Notes under the pieces: model-generated
Told to the model about the DNA's origin: nothing
The model's database searches: none
Seen by the model: only the letters and a program-made list of their open reading frames with translations
Position numbers and translations under genes: made by a program
Shown here: in pieces, positions 17,843 to 26,352 of the stretch
Numbering within the stretch: position 1 is the stretch's first letter
Layout: each line of letters opens with the position of its first letter
Origin: an uncultured archaeon
GTDB lineage: Archaea > Asgardarchaeota > Thorarchaeia > Thorarchaeales > Thorarchaeaceae
Length of the DNA: 32,000 nucleotides
Assembly: GCA_964648855.1 (NCBI GenBank)
Contig: CAZYLT010000004.1
Span: 139,532-171,531, forward strand
Direction of reading: 5' to 3'

Positions 17843-18136
17843 ATGAAAATTGAAGTACTCCAAGAAATCCAAAATAAGCCTCTTGGAAGAAAGGAAGTTG
17901 AGTTTAGGCTTGAACACAGAGGGAGCACCACCCCCAGCAGAGATGATGTTCATAGCAAGATTGTGGCCCAGTATGATGCTGATCCTTCCACTGTTGTGAT
18001 TAAGGTACTTGAGACAAAATTTGGGGCAGGTATTTCCACTGGAGAAGCAAGGATATACGAGAATCCCAAACAGATGAACAAGGTAGAACTCAGGCATATC
18101 ATTGACAGACATGCTAGTAACAAGGCAGAGGAGTAG
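17843..18136 (+). CDS. rps24e: 30S ribosomal protein S24e (eS24)
   Basis: From ATG 17843: MKIEV...NKPLGRKEV, TPSR, TKFG...GEARIY. Confidence 0.93.
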   Translation: MKIEVLQEIQNKPLGRKEVEFRLEHRGSTTPSRDDVHSKIVAQYDADPSTVVIKVLETKFGAGISTGEARIYENPKQMNKVELRHIIDRHASNKAEE

Positions 18137-18143
18137 ATTGAAT

Positions 18144-18305
18144 ATGGCACACGATTTATACAAGGTAGACTCCAAGACCGGAGAGGTAACTTCAACAAAG
18201 AGGCCCTGTCCACGCTGTGAAAAGGGGACCTATCTAGCTGAGCATTATAATCGGTATTCATGTGGTCGCTGCGGTTACACCGAATTCAAACGAAACGAAA
18301 AATAG
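18144..18305 (+). CDS. rps27ae: 30S ribosomal protein S27ae (eS31), no ubiquitin fusion
   Basis: From ATG 18144: LYKVD...CPRC..G.YLAEH..RYSCGRCGYTEF. Confidence 0.95.
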   Translation: MAHDLYKVDSKTGEVTSTKRPCPRCEKGTYLAEHYNRYSCGRCGYTEFKRNEK

Positions 18306-18348
18306 CTATTCAGTACGCGCTCTCTTTTTTGACAAGTCTTATAGAAAA

Positions 18349-18606
18349 TTAGGCGGATACTATTGCCATTATCCATCTTGAAAAAACCAAAACCCCAATG
18401 ATTGCAGTCAATAACACGTTAACAAGAAAGAATCCTGGAAGATAGATTTCGACTGTTGCAGAAAGAATAAGAGCCACTGGAAACGTAATTATGAATGGAA
18501 GGGTTGTAACAGTTAGAGAAACCTCCTCGCTTGAAACCATCATATTTACTAGCGTGACTAGCCAGATAATATAGATTGATGCAATAATTGAGATTTCCAA
18601 TAACAT
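18349..18606 (-). CDS. Small hypothetical membrane protein (3 TM)
   Basis: Three hydrophobic helices; likely start MLLEIS at 18606. Confidence 0.65.
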   Translation of the reverse strand: MLLEISIIASIYIIWLVTLVNMMVSSEEVSLTVTTLPFIITFPVALILSATVEIYLPGFFLVNVLLTAIIGVLVFSRWIMAIVSA

Positions 18607-18752
18607 GCTTCTTACACCATATTGAATTTTCATCCTAATTGGTCTTCTATGCCTTTTGAAGGCTGCTGATTGTTTTTATCCATCATATTTTTCAAAATTG
18701 GCGGAGGGGGACAAAAACTTGTGTCAATATAGCAGGTTTCTCTTCGCTCCAT

Positions 18753-18767
18753 GAAAACCCTTAATAC
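18753..18767 (+). promoter_or_regulatory. BRE/TATA of the tRNA-Met(i) gene
   Basis: GAAAACCCTTAATAC about 30 nt upstream of the tRNA. Confidence 0.6.
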
Positions 18768-18796
18768 CTCATTAGAAACAGTCCCGCAATAGAAAC

Positions 18797-18910
18797 AGCG
18801 GGTTGGGGAAGCCTGGCCTATCCCGCGGGGCTCATAAGTGCATGAACACTTCTGAGTTCTGCGATTGGGACACCCCGAGATCGTACGTTCAAATCGTACA
18901 CCCGCTACCA
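18797..18910 (+). tRNA. Initiator tRNA-Met(CAT) with 35-nt intron at 37/38 (18837-18871) and encoded CCA
   Basis: A1-U72 acceptor stem AGCGGGT/ACCCGCT; anticodon stem CGGGG/CCCCG; loop CT-CAT-A; T arm GTACG-TTCAAAT-CGTAC; BHB helix CUCA/UGGG. Confidence 0.96.
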
Positions 18911-18949
18911 CTTTTATTCTTTCGAACTGAATATACATCTATGAAGACA

Positions 18950-19171
18950 CTAATCAAATCTTAAATTAGAGAATTTCGCAAGATAGTGTTTGATTCTACA
19001 CATCATACGGTAAAAGAAGGGAACTCGAATTAGACCTGAATCATTGGATTCTTCGTTTCTTTCCAATGTTCTTATTTTGAATTTTGACTGTAGATATCTT
19101 TCATCAAATCTTGAACAATTCGGGTAGTTCTCTGCAGTAATATTCCAAATTCGGAAATTCTCATCGGACAT
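18950..19171 (-). CDS. Hypothetical small protein
   Basis: 73-aa ORF in an AT-rich stretch, no recognisable motif. Confidence 0.3.
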   Translation of the reverse strand: MSDENFRIWNITAENYPNCSRFDERYLQSKFKIRTLERNEESNDSGLIRVPFFYRMMCRIKHYLAKFSNLRFD

Positions 19172-19245
19172 GTATTTTCTTTTTGAACTAGGTTGGAAAC
19201 AATATCACTCTTCTCCTAGTAGCAAATCTTTAGTCAAATGAGATA

Positions 19246-19680
19246 TCATGCCGTTATCTGTTGTGCCGTTATAAATCGGCTCTGGTGAGGAATCATTTCC
19301 CAATTGATAGAAGCTGGATGTTCAAAGCAATGAAGTCCTCGGTATTTGCCAATCCATCTCCAGCAAGAAACTCCTCCCAAATCCTCCAGCTTGTAGAGAT
19401 TGGCCTTTGTCGCACTATACCGTACTTCCAATAGCGTTCCAGATTTCAATTCGGTGGCAAGCTCGTCAATATCTACTACACTCAGCTTTCTCCTTCCATC
19501 GCCATCCGCCGGACCAACTTGAGAAACGTAGTATCGAGAATTAAACCCTGTAATTGGGTCATCTATCACAATTGCCACATGTGGACGAGCAAATGAATCC
19601 CAGTATTTTGGAATGGCTGGTCTTCTGATTACGATGTAGTCACTAATTGGCTCCATTTGTTCTCTCATCGATGCACACAT
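19246..19680 (-). CDS. Hypothetical protein
   Basis: 144-aa ORF with protein-like composition; TATA-like element at ~19717-19725. Confidence 0.6.
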   Translation of the reverse strand: MCASMREQMEPISDYIVIRRPAIPKYWDSFARPHVAIVIDDPITGFNSRYYVSQVGPADGDGRRKLSVVDIDELATELKSGTLLEVRYSATKANLYKLEDLGGVSCWRWIGKYRGLHCFEHPASINWEMIPHQSRFITAQQITA

Positions 19681-19879
19681 GACTAAGCACTCTAAGTTAG
19701 AATCCTGCCTATTGAGATATATAAGCGAGTATCAGATAGCAAGGTGCTGCAGATTGCCAATCTAAGGCAGTTTCGAGCCAACTGACGAGGGTTTCCACTG
19801 GAGTTCTTCCGATATACTATTCTGGCTGTAAGAACACGAACTCACAACTCAGCCGTACTTAACAAATGGACAGAATCAA

Positions 19880-20197
19880 TTACGAGTCCCGCTTTTTGCT
19901 TTCTGAAAAACCAATTATGAGTTTTCTGCCTTCGAATAAGGATCTTGCAATTTTCTCTCTTGCACTAGCTAGCAGACGCCAAATAGTACCTCGTGAAACA
20001 CCCATTTTCTCACCAGCCTGCTCTTGGTACAAACCTTCGATGTCGACCAACCTTAGGACTTCTGCCTCCGCATTGTCCATGTAGATTGGTTTCTCATCCA
20101 ACAAGGGTTCGGGGACCAGTTTTTTTGCGCTTGGTTTTTCTCCTATCTCTGGTTGAATTGGAAATCTACCTCTGCCTCCGCGTCTTCTTCTATGCAT
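19880..20197 (-). CDS. DUF134 family HTH DNA-binding protein
   Basis: EAEVLRLVDIEGLYQEQAGEKMGVSRGTIWRLLASAREKIARSL. Confidence 0.92.
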   Translation of the reverse strand: MHRRRRGGRGRFPIQPEIGEKPSAKKLVPEPLLDEKPIYMDNAEAEVLRLVDIEGLYQEQAGEKMGVSRGTIWRLLASAREKIARSLFEGRKLIIGFSESKKRDS

Positions 20198-20269
20198 TAG
20201 CTCAAGAACCTCATGTTACAATCTGAAACGAATTCTAATTATCTTTTCCGAATGGCAACAACTTAATTA

Positions 20270-20307
20270 TGTGAATATGCACAGATATATATGTGTGATT
20301 ATGCACA
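20270..20307. promoter_or_regulatory. Tandem palindromic operator (TGTGAwTATGCACA x2)
   Basis: TGTGAATATGCACA at 20270-20283 and TGTGATTATGCACA at 20294-20307, between divergent DUF134 and DUF5320-like genes. Confidence 0.7.
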
Positions 20308-20331
20308 AATAATACACAGGCGATGTAGATA

Positions 20332-20634
20332 ATGAGTTATGCACCATACGGTTATGGTCGCGGTAGAGGCGGTCGCGGCAGAGGAATGTATCCAGGCAAT
20401 GGGCCATTTAGTCATTTACCTCCATGGGAAAGACCTGGATGGATATATGGTCCCGGCTCATGCTGGTACCTCGGCCTTAGAACTGACGCAGCAGGAACAT
20501 CTGTACCTGTTGTTGATAATGTAGAAGCTCTCCGACATCAGAAAGACCTACTCGAAACCCAACTCGCTTCCATATCCAAGACCCTTGACCAAATTAATTC
20601 CAGACTGGATGAGCTTGAAGGAAAAAACGAGTAA
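20332..20634 (+). CDS. DUF5320-like Gly/Arg-rich protein with C-terminal coiled coil
   Basis: GYGRGRGGRGRG...PPWERPGW..G.G.CW; C-terminal heptad L..Q...LE.QL..I...L..L. Confidence 0.75.
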   Translation: MSYAPYGYGRGRGGRGRGMYPGNGPFSHLPPWERPGWIYGPGSCWYLGLRTDAAGTSVPVVDNVEALRHQKDLLETQLASISKTLDQINSRLDELEGKNE

Positions 20635-20653
20635 GAACCTGAAGGAAGACGAA

Positions 20654-21520
20654 TCATGAACCACTCAGGCTCATGATTTCCTTCCACATATTTTCAAGAA
20701 TATTTACAATCTCATGATTCGGAGCAAACTCTGGAAGTGTCTGAGCTGCAACCATAGACTTTGTCATGATGGGATCAAATGGTACTTTTCCTAGCATCGT
20801 TACTCCTATACTCTCAGCAGCCCTCTCTATTTCTGCTGATTTTTCTTCATTCAAGTCGAACTTGTTGATTATCACTAATGGTTTTACCTTGAATTGGAGC
20901 ATCAATTCAATGATTCTGTTCATATCGTGAATCCCACTGGGAGTCGGTTCAGTCACAACGACTCCTGTAGAGAGTCCCGTGACTGTAGCTATGACCGGGC
21001 AACCAATTCCTGGAGATCCGTCAATGAGAATATGATTGATATTTCGACTAGTTGCCATATTCTCAGCTTGTTTCCTGACTGCTGTAACAAGTTTTCCTGA
21101 GTTTCCCTCACCAGGCAATAGTCTTGCGTGCGACATTATTCCAAATCTAGTATCCGACTTGAATAGGTGCCCAGATACCCTCTCTCTCATTTCAATAGCA
21201 TCTTCGGGGCAGACATACACACAAACCCCACACCCCTCACATGCAATTTTGTTTACATCTGGTGGGGTGATGGCATCAAAACGACACTTCTCCTCACACA
21301 AACCACAATAACTGCAGAGGGCCGGGTCAATACATGCAACAGTGGAGCTTATGAACTCATTTGAATTTATGATGTTTGGACGTAGCAAAATATGAAGATC
21401 AGGAGCATCAACGTCACAGTCTGCAAGAACCTTGTTCTGTGCTAGGGCTGCAAATGCTGCTGTTATGGTAGTCTTCCCAGTGCCGCCTTTTCCACTAAGG
21501 ACTGCAATTTCGTCAACCAT
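20654..21520 (-). CDS. MinD-superfamily P-loop ATPase with inserted 2[4Fe-4S] ferredoxin (COG1149)
   Basis: SGKGGTGKT, DCDVDAPDL, CxxCxxCxxxC twice, DGSPGIGCPV, VTEPT; start MVDEIA at 21520. Confidence 0.93.
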   Translation of the reverse strand: MVDEIAVLSGKGGTGKTTITAAFAALAQNKVLADCDVDAPDLHILLRPNIINSNEFISSTVACIDPALCSYCGLCEEKCRFDAITPPDVNKIACEGCGVCVYVCPEDAIEMRERVSGHLFKSDTRFGIMSHARLLPGEGNSGKLVTAVRKQAENMATSRNINHILIDGSPGIGCPVIATVTGLSTGVVVTEPTPSGIHDMNRIIELMLQFKVKPLVIINKFDLNEEKSAEIERAAESIGVTMLGKVPFDPIMTKSMVAAQTLPEFAPNHEIVNILENMWKEIMSLSGS

Positions 21521-21521
21521 A

Positions 21522-22352
21522 TCAAGCCCCCTCCCTGATTCTATCAATCAAATCTACAAATGCCGATTGATATTCTTCCATTTCACTTACAAACGGAATC
21601 CCCTTGGAGTAAAGCTCTGCAATCTTCCTATCGAATGGAATTTTCATTAGAAGTTCTACTCCCCTCTCTTCTAGGAATTTTTCCACTTTTTCATCACCAA
21701 TCCCATCTCTATTGATTATCACGCCGTAGGGGGTGCTAACTGAGTCAACTGTTTCAATGGCCATTTCCAAATCGTGTAAACCAAAGGGAGTAGGTTCAGT
21801 AACCATGATGACATAGTCGCTGTCCTCAACTGTTTCAATTAGAGAACATGAGGTACCTGGAGGCGCATCGAGAATATTGAGTTTATCTTCCTCTATGTTT
21901 CGCTTTACAGCTTTAATCAGAGGAATTGAGATGGGCTCTCCCACATTCAATTCGCCATATACCAACTTAATGCCATCAGCTGTAGAGGTGCGAGTCTCTC
22001 CTATCTCTCGGTTGTCCTCTGATATGGCATTTTCTGGACATACCAGCGCGCACCCGCCGCAAGAATGGCACATCTCCTTATAGACTAGGACCTCATCTTT
22101 TCCCACAAAGAGTGCGTTGAACTCACAGAAATCTGCGCACTTTCCGCAAAGAGTGCATAGCTCGGCATCAACTACGGGCACAGGCACAAGAACCCTCGTA
22201 ATTGTTTCACTACTAGTCTTTAGTAAAGTGTGTGCATTAGGCTCTTCAACATCACAGTCCAATAATATGGCATCTTCACTTGAAAGCGCCATATTCACCG
22301 CAACGGTTGTCTTACCAGTCCCACCTTTTCCACTTGCTACGGTGATGATCAA
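21522..22352 (-). CDS. MinD-superfamily P-loop ATPase with inserted 2[4Fe-4S] ferredoxin (COG1149)
   Basis: SGKGGTGKT, DCDVEEPN, two ferredoxin motifs, DAPPGTSC, VTEPTPFG. Confidence 0.93.
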   Translation of the reverse strand: MIITVASGKGGTGKTTVAVNMALSSEDAILLDCDVEEPNAHTLLKTSSETITRVLVPVPVVDAELCTLCGKCADFCEFNALFVGKDEVLVYKEMCHSCGGCALVCPENAISEDNREIGETRTSTADGIKLVYGELNVGEPISIPLIKAVKRNIEEDKLNILDAPPGTSCSLIETVEDSDYVIMVTEPTPFGLHDLEMAIETVDSVSTPYGVIINRDGIGDEKVEKFLEERGVELLMKIPFDRKIAELYSKGIPFVSEMEEYQSAFVDLIDRIREGA

Positions 22353-22380
22353 GGGTTTTCCTCCTGCATCAACCTATCTT

Positions 22381-22743
22381 TTAACGGTGATGAGCATCGG
22401 CACACCCTTCTGTCAGCTCATCCAATTTGTTCTCTTTGTAGGCATCAAGGATGCTGCTGATTTCCCTAGTAGTTGCACGTAATACAGCAACATTTCTATC
22501 TTGGAAACTACGAATTCCTCTGGGCCCCATGCCACTCACAATAATTACGTCAGGATCCAGACTCATGACATTATCATGAGCATGACCGCGTCCTCCCGCA
22601 TGCTCTCCTCTATTGGGATGCACCGTCTTTTTGACCGTGTCATCTATAACATCGATGGCTGCAAAATAGGGTGCCCTGCCAAAGTGAGCTGCTAGATAGT
22701 TACCTTCTTCATCTTCAGTTGGAATCACTAACCTCTTCTTCAT
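22381..22743 (-). CDS. NifB/NifX family metallocluster-binding protein
   Basis: From MKKRLVIP at 22743: HFGRAPYF, GMGPR, C-terminal C..AHH. Confidence 0.9.
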   Translation of the reverse strand: MKKRLVIPTEDEEGNYLAAHFGRAPYFAAIDVIDDTVKKTVHPNRGEHAGGRGHAHDNVMSLDPDVIIVSGMGPRGIRSFQDRNVAVLRATTREISSILDAYKENKLDELTEGCADAHHR

Positions 22744-22750
22744 ACTAATT

Positions 22751-23164
22751 TCACCTTCCTCTTCCACCGCGACCTCGCCCACCGCCCATACCTCTTCCTC
22801 GACCCATGCCTCGATGGGCTGGCCCTGGCTGCTGTATTGTACTCATATTCCCTTCTCTAAATCTTTCTATAGTATCCTTTACCGTTCCCGAAGCACCCCC
22901 ATAGACAGCAGTTCCCGCGGCATTTAGAGCTTGGAATGCATTAGGGCCAACGCTCCCCGTTATTACTGCACTAACGTTCTTTGATGTAACAGTCTGAGCT
23001 GCCGTAATTCCTGCACCGCTTGATGCTGAAACAGCTTGGTTAGACAATGCTTCAAAGTCCATCGACTGAGTATCAACGATGATAAAATACGCGCATCTTC
23101 CAAATCTTGGATCAACGGGTGCATTGAGATTGTCACCAGTTGATGTTATACAAATTCTCGGCAT
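22751..23164 (-). CDS. NifB/NifX family metallocluster-binding protein with RGG tail
   Basis: RFGRCAYF, GAGI.AAQ, G.VGPNAF..L; tail GMGRGRGMGGGRGRGGRGR. Confidence 0.92.
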   Translation of the reverse strand: MPRICITSTGDNLNAPVDPRFGRCAYFIIVDTQSMDFEALSNQAVSASSGAGITAAQTVTSKNVSAVITGSVGPNAFQALNAAGTAVYGGASGTVKDTIERFREGNMSTIQQPGPAHRGMGRGRGMGGGRGRGGRGR

Positions 23165-23180
23165 TTTTTACACCTTTAAG

Positions 23181-23221
23181 TGAATCATAATCCATTACCC
23201 TGTTATGAATCCAGATTCATA
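23181..23221. promoter_or_regulatory. Tandem palindromic operator upstream of the NifX operon
   Basis: TATGAATC-CA-GATTCATA (23204-23221) plus degenerate TGAATCATAATCCA (23181-23194). Confidence 0.55.
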
Positions 23222-23319
23222 TAAACCCTACTGAATGTATGTCGTTACCGTGCAGAATACTATTAGGTCAAGTTTATCTCAGTGTAGGAGTTTCGTATCA
23301 ATATAGGAAGAATCTGACA

Positions 23320-24537
23320 ATGGGATTTAGCATCGGAATCGTTGGAAAACCGTCATGTGGAAAGACCTCATTCACCAATGCTGCGTGTATGACAGATTTC
23401 AAAGTGGGCAGCTACCCTTTTACCACAATTGATGCCAACGTAGGTGTCGCACATGTTCGGTCCCAATGTGTCTGCGAAGATTTTGATGTTCAGGACAACC
23501 CTCAAAACTCACTCTGCATTGAGGGAACCCGTCTTATCCCAGTCAAATTGATTGATGTTGCTGGCTTGGTTCCAGGTGCTCATGAAGGTCGTGGGATGGG
23601 CAATCAGTTCTTGGATGACCTGAGTCAAGCCGATGTTCTCATTCACATTGTTGACGCTAGTGGGTCCCTTGATTCAGAAGGTCAGGAAACTGAGGGTGGC
23701 TCTTATGACCCTGTGAATGATGTTGAATTTCTAGAAACAGAAATAACTCAATGGATGCTGGGAATTGTAACAAAAGACTGGAAGAGAATCACCTCCAAGG
23801 CACGATCCGAGGGGGCAAAACTAGAAGATCTCCTTCTAAAGAAGATGTCCGGACTTCAAATTACAAGGGGTCACATTCTGAAAGCAATACGAGAAACAGG
23901 GCTCAGCGCCCAGGAAGCGAATAAGTGGTCTGAGGAAGATATCCTTCAATTTGTGCGTCAACTCAGGCTTATTTCAAAGCCAATAATAATTGCAGCCAAT
24001 AAGATTGACAAACGGGGGGCTGAAGAACACCTAGAACGTCTTCGACAGGCATATCCCAATCAGATGGTGGTGCCTGTCAGTGCATTGGCTGAGAAGATTT
24101 TACGCGACCTAGAGAATAAGGGAATCATATCCTACATCCCAGGGGACGAAGATTTCGACATCATAGACTCTGACAAATTGGCTCCTGGAGAAATTGCTCA
24201 GCTGGAAAAAATAAAGAACGAGATACTTCAAAAATTCGAGGGCACCGGAGTTCAGAGTATTCTCAATAAAGCAGTCTTTGATTTTCTCAACATGATCGCT
24301 GTTTACCCCGTTCACGATGCAAACTCACTGACGGACAGTGACGGTAATGTCCTACCCGATGTATATCTTGTTCCAGAAGGAACAACGGCGAAACAATTCG
24401 CAGGAGTCATTCATTCTGACTTGGAGGAATCCTTCTTGCATGCCATTGATGCTAGGACCAAGATGCGAATATCCGAAAAGCACATTCTCAAGGACGGAGA
24501 TGTCATCAAGATTGTAAGCACCAAGGGCTCAAAGTAA
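23320..24537 (+). CDS. ychF: Obg-family translation-associated NTPase (archaeal YchF/Ygr210-like)
   Basis: From MGFSIG at 23320: GKPSCGKT, YPFTTIDAN, DVAGLVPGA, NKID, C-terminal TGS domain. Confidence 0.93.
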   Translation: MGFSIGIVGKPSCGKTSFTNAACMTDFKVGSYPFTTIDANVGVAHVRSQCVCEDFDVQDNPQNSLCIEGTRLIPVKLIDVAGLVPGAHEGRGMGNQFLDDLSQADVLIHIVDASGSLDSEGQETEGGSYDPVNDVEFLETEITQWMLGIVTKDWKRITSKARSEGAKLEDLLLKKMSGLQITRGHILKAIRETGLSAQEANKWSEEDILQFVRQLRLISKPIIIAANKIDKRGAEEHLERLRQAYPNQMVVPVSALAEKILRDLENKGIISYIPGDEDFDIIDSDKLAPGEIAQLEKIKNEILQKFEGTGVQSILNKAVFDFLNMIAVYPVHDANSLTDSDGNVLPDVYLVPEGTTAKQFAGVIHSDLEESFLHAIDARTKMRISEKHILKDGDVIKIVSTKGSK

Positions 24538-24611
24538 ACGAAGAGTTGCCCATCTCTGCAATCCAGAGATTTCTGCCAACTTATGTGCTGAAGGCTTGTA
24601 TCACTGAATGA

Positions 24612-25148
24612 CTACTCAATCTCTTCCCCGATACTCCAGTATTCGCCAGTGAGTGGAATGTATGTAAATGGCGCCGCTACGCTCAAGTCAAGACGTCCCT
24701 TAGAATCAAGTACCTCCTGATCCATATGGACCGCAACAACTTCTGCAATGAAAAGGTCGTGAACTCCGACGTTGACGATCTGTGTGACTTCTGCTTCGAT
24801 ATTCAGGGGGCACTCTTCTATCATTGGGGCTGATACCTTTGTCGCGTCTACGGGCGTCAGACCACATTCATCGAATTTGTTGTATTCTCTGCCAGACCGA
24901 GTTCCACAAAATACAGCAGCATCTATCAAGTCACGACTTGGGATATTTACAACGAAGTCTCCCGCTTCTTTGATTAAGTCATAGCTATATCTGTTTGGAC
25001 GAACTCCTATTGCTATACTCGGAGGCTCACTACAGACGTTGGCTGCCCAAGAGAGAGTGATTATATTCGGTTGCTTTTCGTGTGCGACACTAACTAATAT
25101 TACTGGACATGGGATAATTGCTGTTGATGGTTTCTTCTGGTTCTTCAT
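24612..25148 (-). CDS. Flavin reductase family protein (flavoredoxin-like)
   Basis: PCPVILVS, FVVNIP, CGTRSGR..KF, I.ECP.N.E, G.HDLFIAEV. Confidence 0.9.
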   Translation of the reverse strand: MKNQKKPSTAIIPCPVILVSVAHEKQPNIITLSWAANVCSEPPSIAIGVRPNRYSYDLIKEAGDFVVNIPSRDLIDAAVFCGTRSGREYNKFDECGLTPVDATKVSAPMIEECPLNIEAEVTQIVNVGVHDLFIAEVVAVHMDQEVLDSKGRLDLSVAAPFTYIPLTGEYWSIGEEIE

Positions 25149-25250
25149 ACGAATACCGGTGTCTTCTCCGGTTTATGAAAGTGGTGCTTTCATCAGGTTT
25201 AAGTCGAGGTATTGAATTGCATTGCTCAAGAATTAAGGAAGGTTCTACCA

Positions 25251-26162
25251 ATGGCACGTGTTTTAGTATCAGATCCTATAGCTAACTCAGCTGTGAAGAC
25301 GATAGAGGACGCCGGTATCGAACTGGTGCATAGAAACCACGAGAAAGACGGACCTCTTGAAGAACTAATCAAAGGGTTCGATGGAATCATCGTACGAAGC
25401 GCAACCAATGTGACTCGAGAGGTCATTGAGGCTGCAGATCAACTGAAGGTCATCGTTCGAGCAGGCGTTGGCTTGGATAATGTCGACCTTGAGGCGGCAT
25501 CAGATAATGGTGTCGAGGTATTGAATACCCCTGAAGCCCCAACTGTTTCAGTAGCGGAGATGGTCTTCTCACTTATGTTCGCATTAGCAAGAAATGTGAC
25601 TCAAGCTGACAGCTCAATGAAGGATGAACGATGGGAAAAGAAAAAATTGAGAGGCGTCGAGCTCTGGAAGAAAACACTCGGTATAATCGGATTCGGAAGG
25701 ATTGGTCAAGAAGTCGCTCGTCGAGGTACGGCATTGGATATGAACGTCATTGCCTACGATGTGATTGATATCGAAAAAGCCTGCAAAGAAACTGGAGCAA
25801 CCTCTGTTGATTTAGAGAGAACCATCACTGAATCGGACTACCTATCTCTCCATGTTCCACTTATTCCTCAGACCAGAGGTATGATAGGGGTGGCGGAACT
25901 GAAGAAGATGAAGGAAACAGCTTTCATCATCAATACAGCCAGAGGCGGTGTTGTGGATGAAAGTGATCTTCTAGGGGCTTTAGACAAGGGTCATATAGCC
26001 GGTGCAGGACTTGACGTTTTTGAAAACGAGCCTCCTACCGATTGGACTCTTATGAAGCATCCTAAAGTAGTAGCTACTCCTCATCTTGCATCTTCAACTT
26101 ACGAAGCTCAGGATAGAGTGGGAGAGCTTACTGCTGAAAAAATCATCGAGTTCTTCAAATGA
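25251..26162 (+). CDS. serA: D-3-phosphoglycerate dehydrogenase-like 2-hydroxyacid dehydrogenase (no ACT domain)
   Basis: IVRSAT, RAGVGLDNVD, GFGRIG, INTARGG, LDVFENEP, TPHL. Confidence 0.85.
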   Translation: MARVLVSDPIANSAVKTIEDAGIELVHRNHEKDGPLEELIKGFDGIIVRSATNVTREVIEAADQLKVIVRAGVGLDNVDLEAASDNGVEVLNTPEAPTVSVAEMVFSLMFALARNVTQADSSMKDERWEKKKLRGVELWKKTLGIIGFGRIGQEVARRGTALDMNVIAYDVIDIEKACKETGATSVDLERTITESDYLSLHVPLIPQTRGMIGVAELKKMKETAFIINTARGGVVDESDLLGALDKGHIAGAGLDVFENEPPTDWTLMKHPKVVATPHLASSTYEAQDRVGELTAEKIIEFFK

Positions 26163-26224
26163 GAGGAAAAAAAAATTAGAGGGTTCAAATCGTTACACCT
26201 TTAAGCAAATGATTGCGGGAATCA

Positions 26225-26335
26225 CTTGACTCAGCAAAGAAGCTGAGCCCTACAGATTCCTTTGTGTTGGCGGATGTGTCCGCAGGGATGTGGCCTTGAC
26301 CGGCTGAACCACAAACAAAGAGAATGAATCACGAC
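26225..26335 (+). promoter_or_regulatory. Structured 5' leader of rpl15e (candidate r-leader)
   Basis: Several hairpins between a TATA-like TTTAAG (~26200) and the ATG at 26353. Confidence 0.55.
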
Positions 26336-26352
26336 AAAGGATATAGTAATAG

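Noticed and set aside
18102-18143. N-terminal extension of S27ae as a ubiquitin fusion
   Set aside because: Only 14 codons, overlapping rps24e, with no GG motif; the true start is 18144
18630-18938. 102-aa minus-strand ORF
   Set aside because: Antisense to tRNA-Met(i)
19782-19815. CTGACGA as a hammerhead ribozyme core or SECIS
   Set aside because: No GAAA after stem II, no apical AA and no in-frame UGA selenoprotein upstream
18911-20300. Possible integrated element after the tRNA
   Set aside because: No integrase, and I saw no repeat of the tRNA 3' end in the window; only orphan ORFs
22381-23164. NifX genes as evidence of nitrogen fixation
   Set aside because: No nifHDK or nifENB in the window, and the family is widespread in non-diazotrophs
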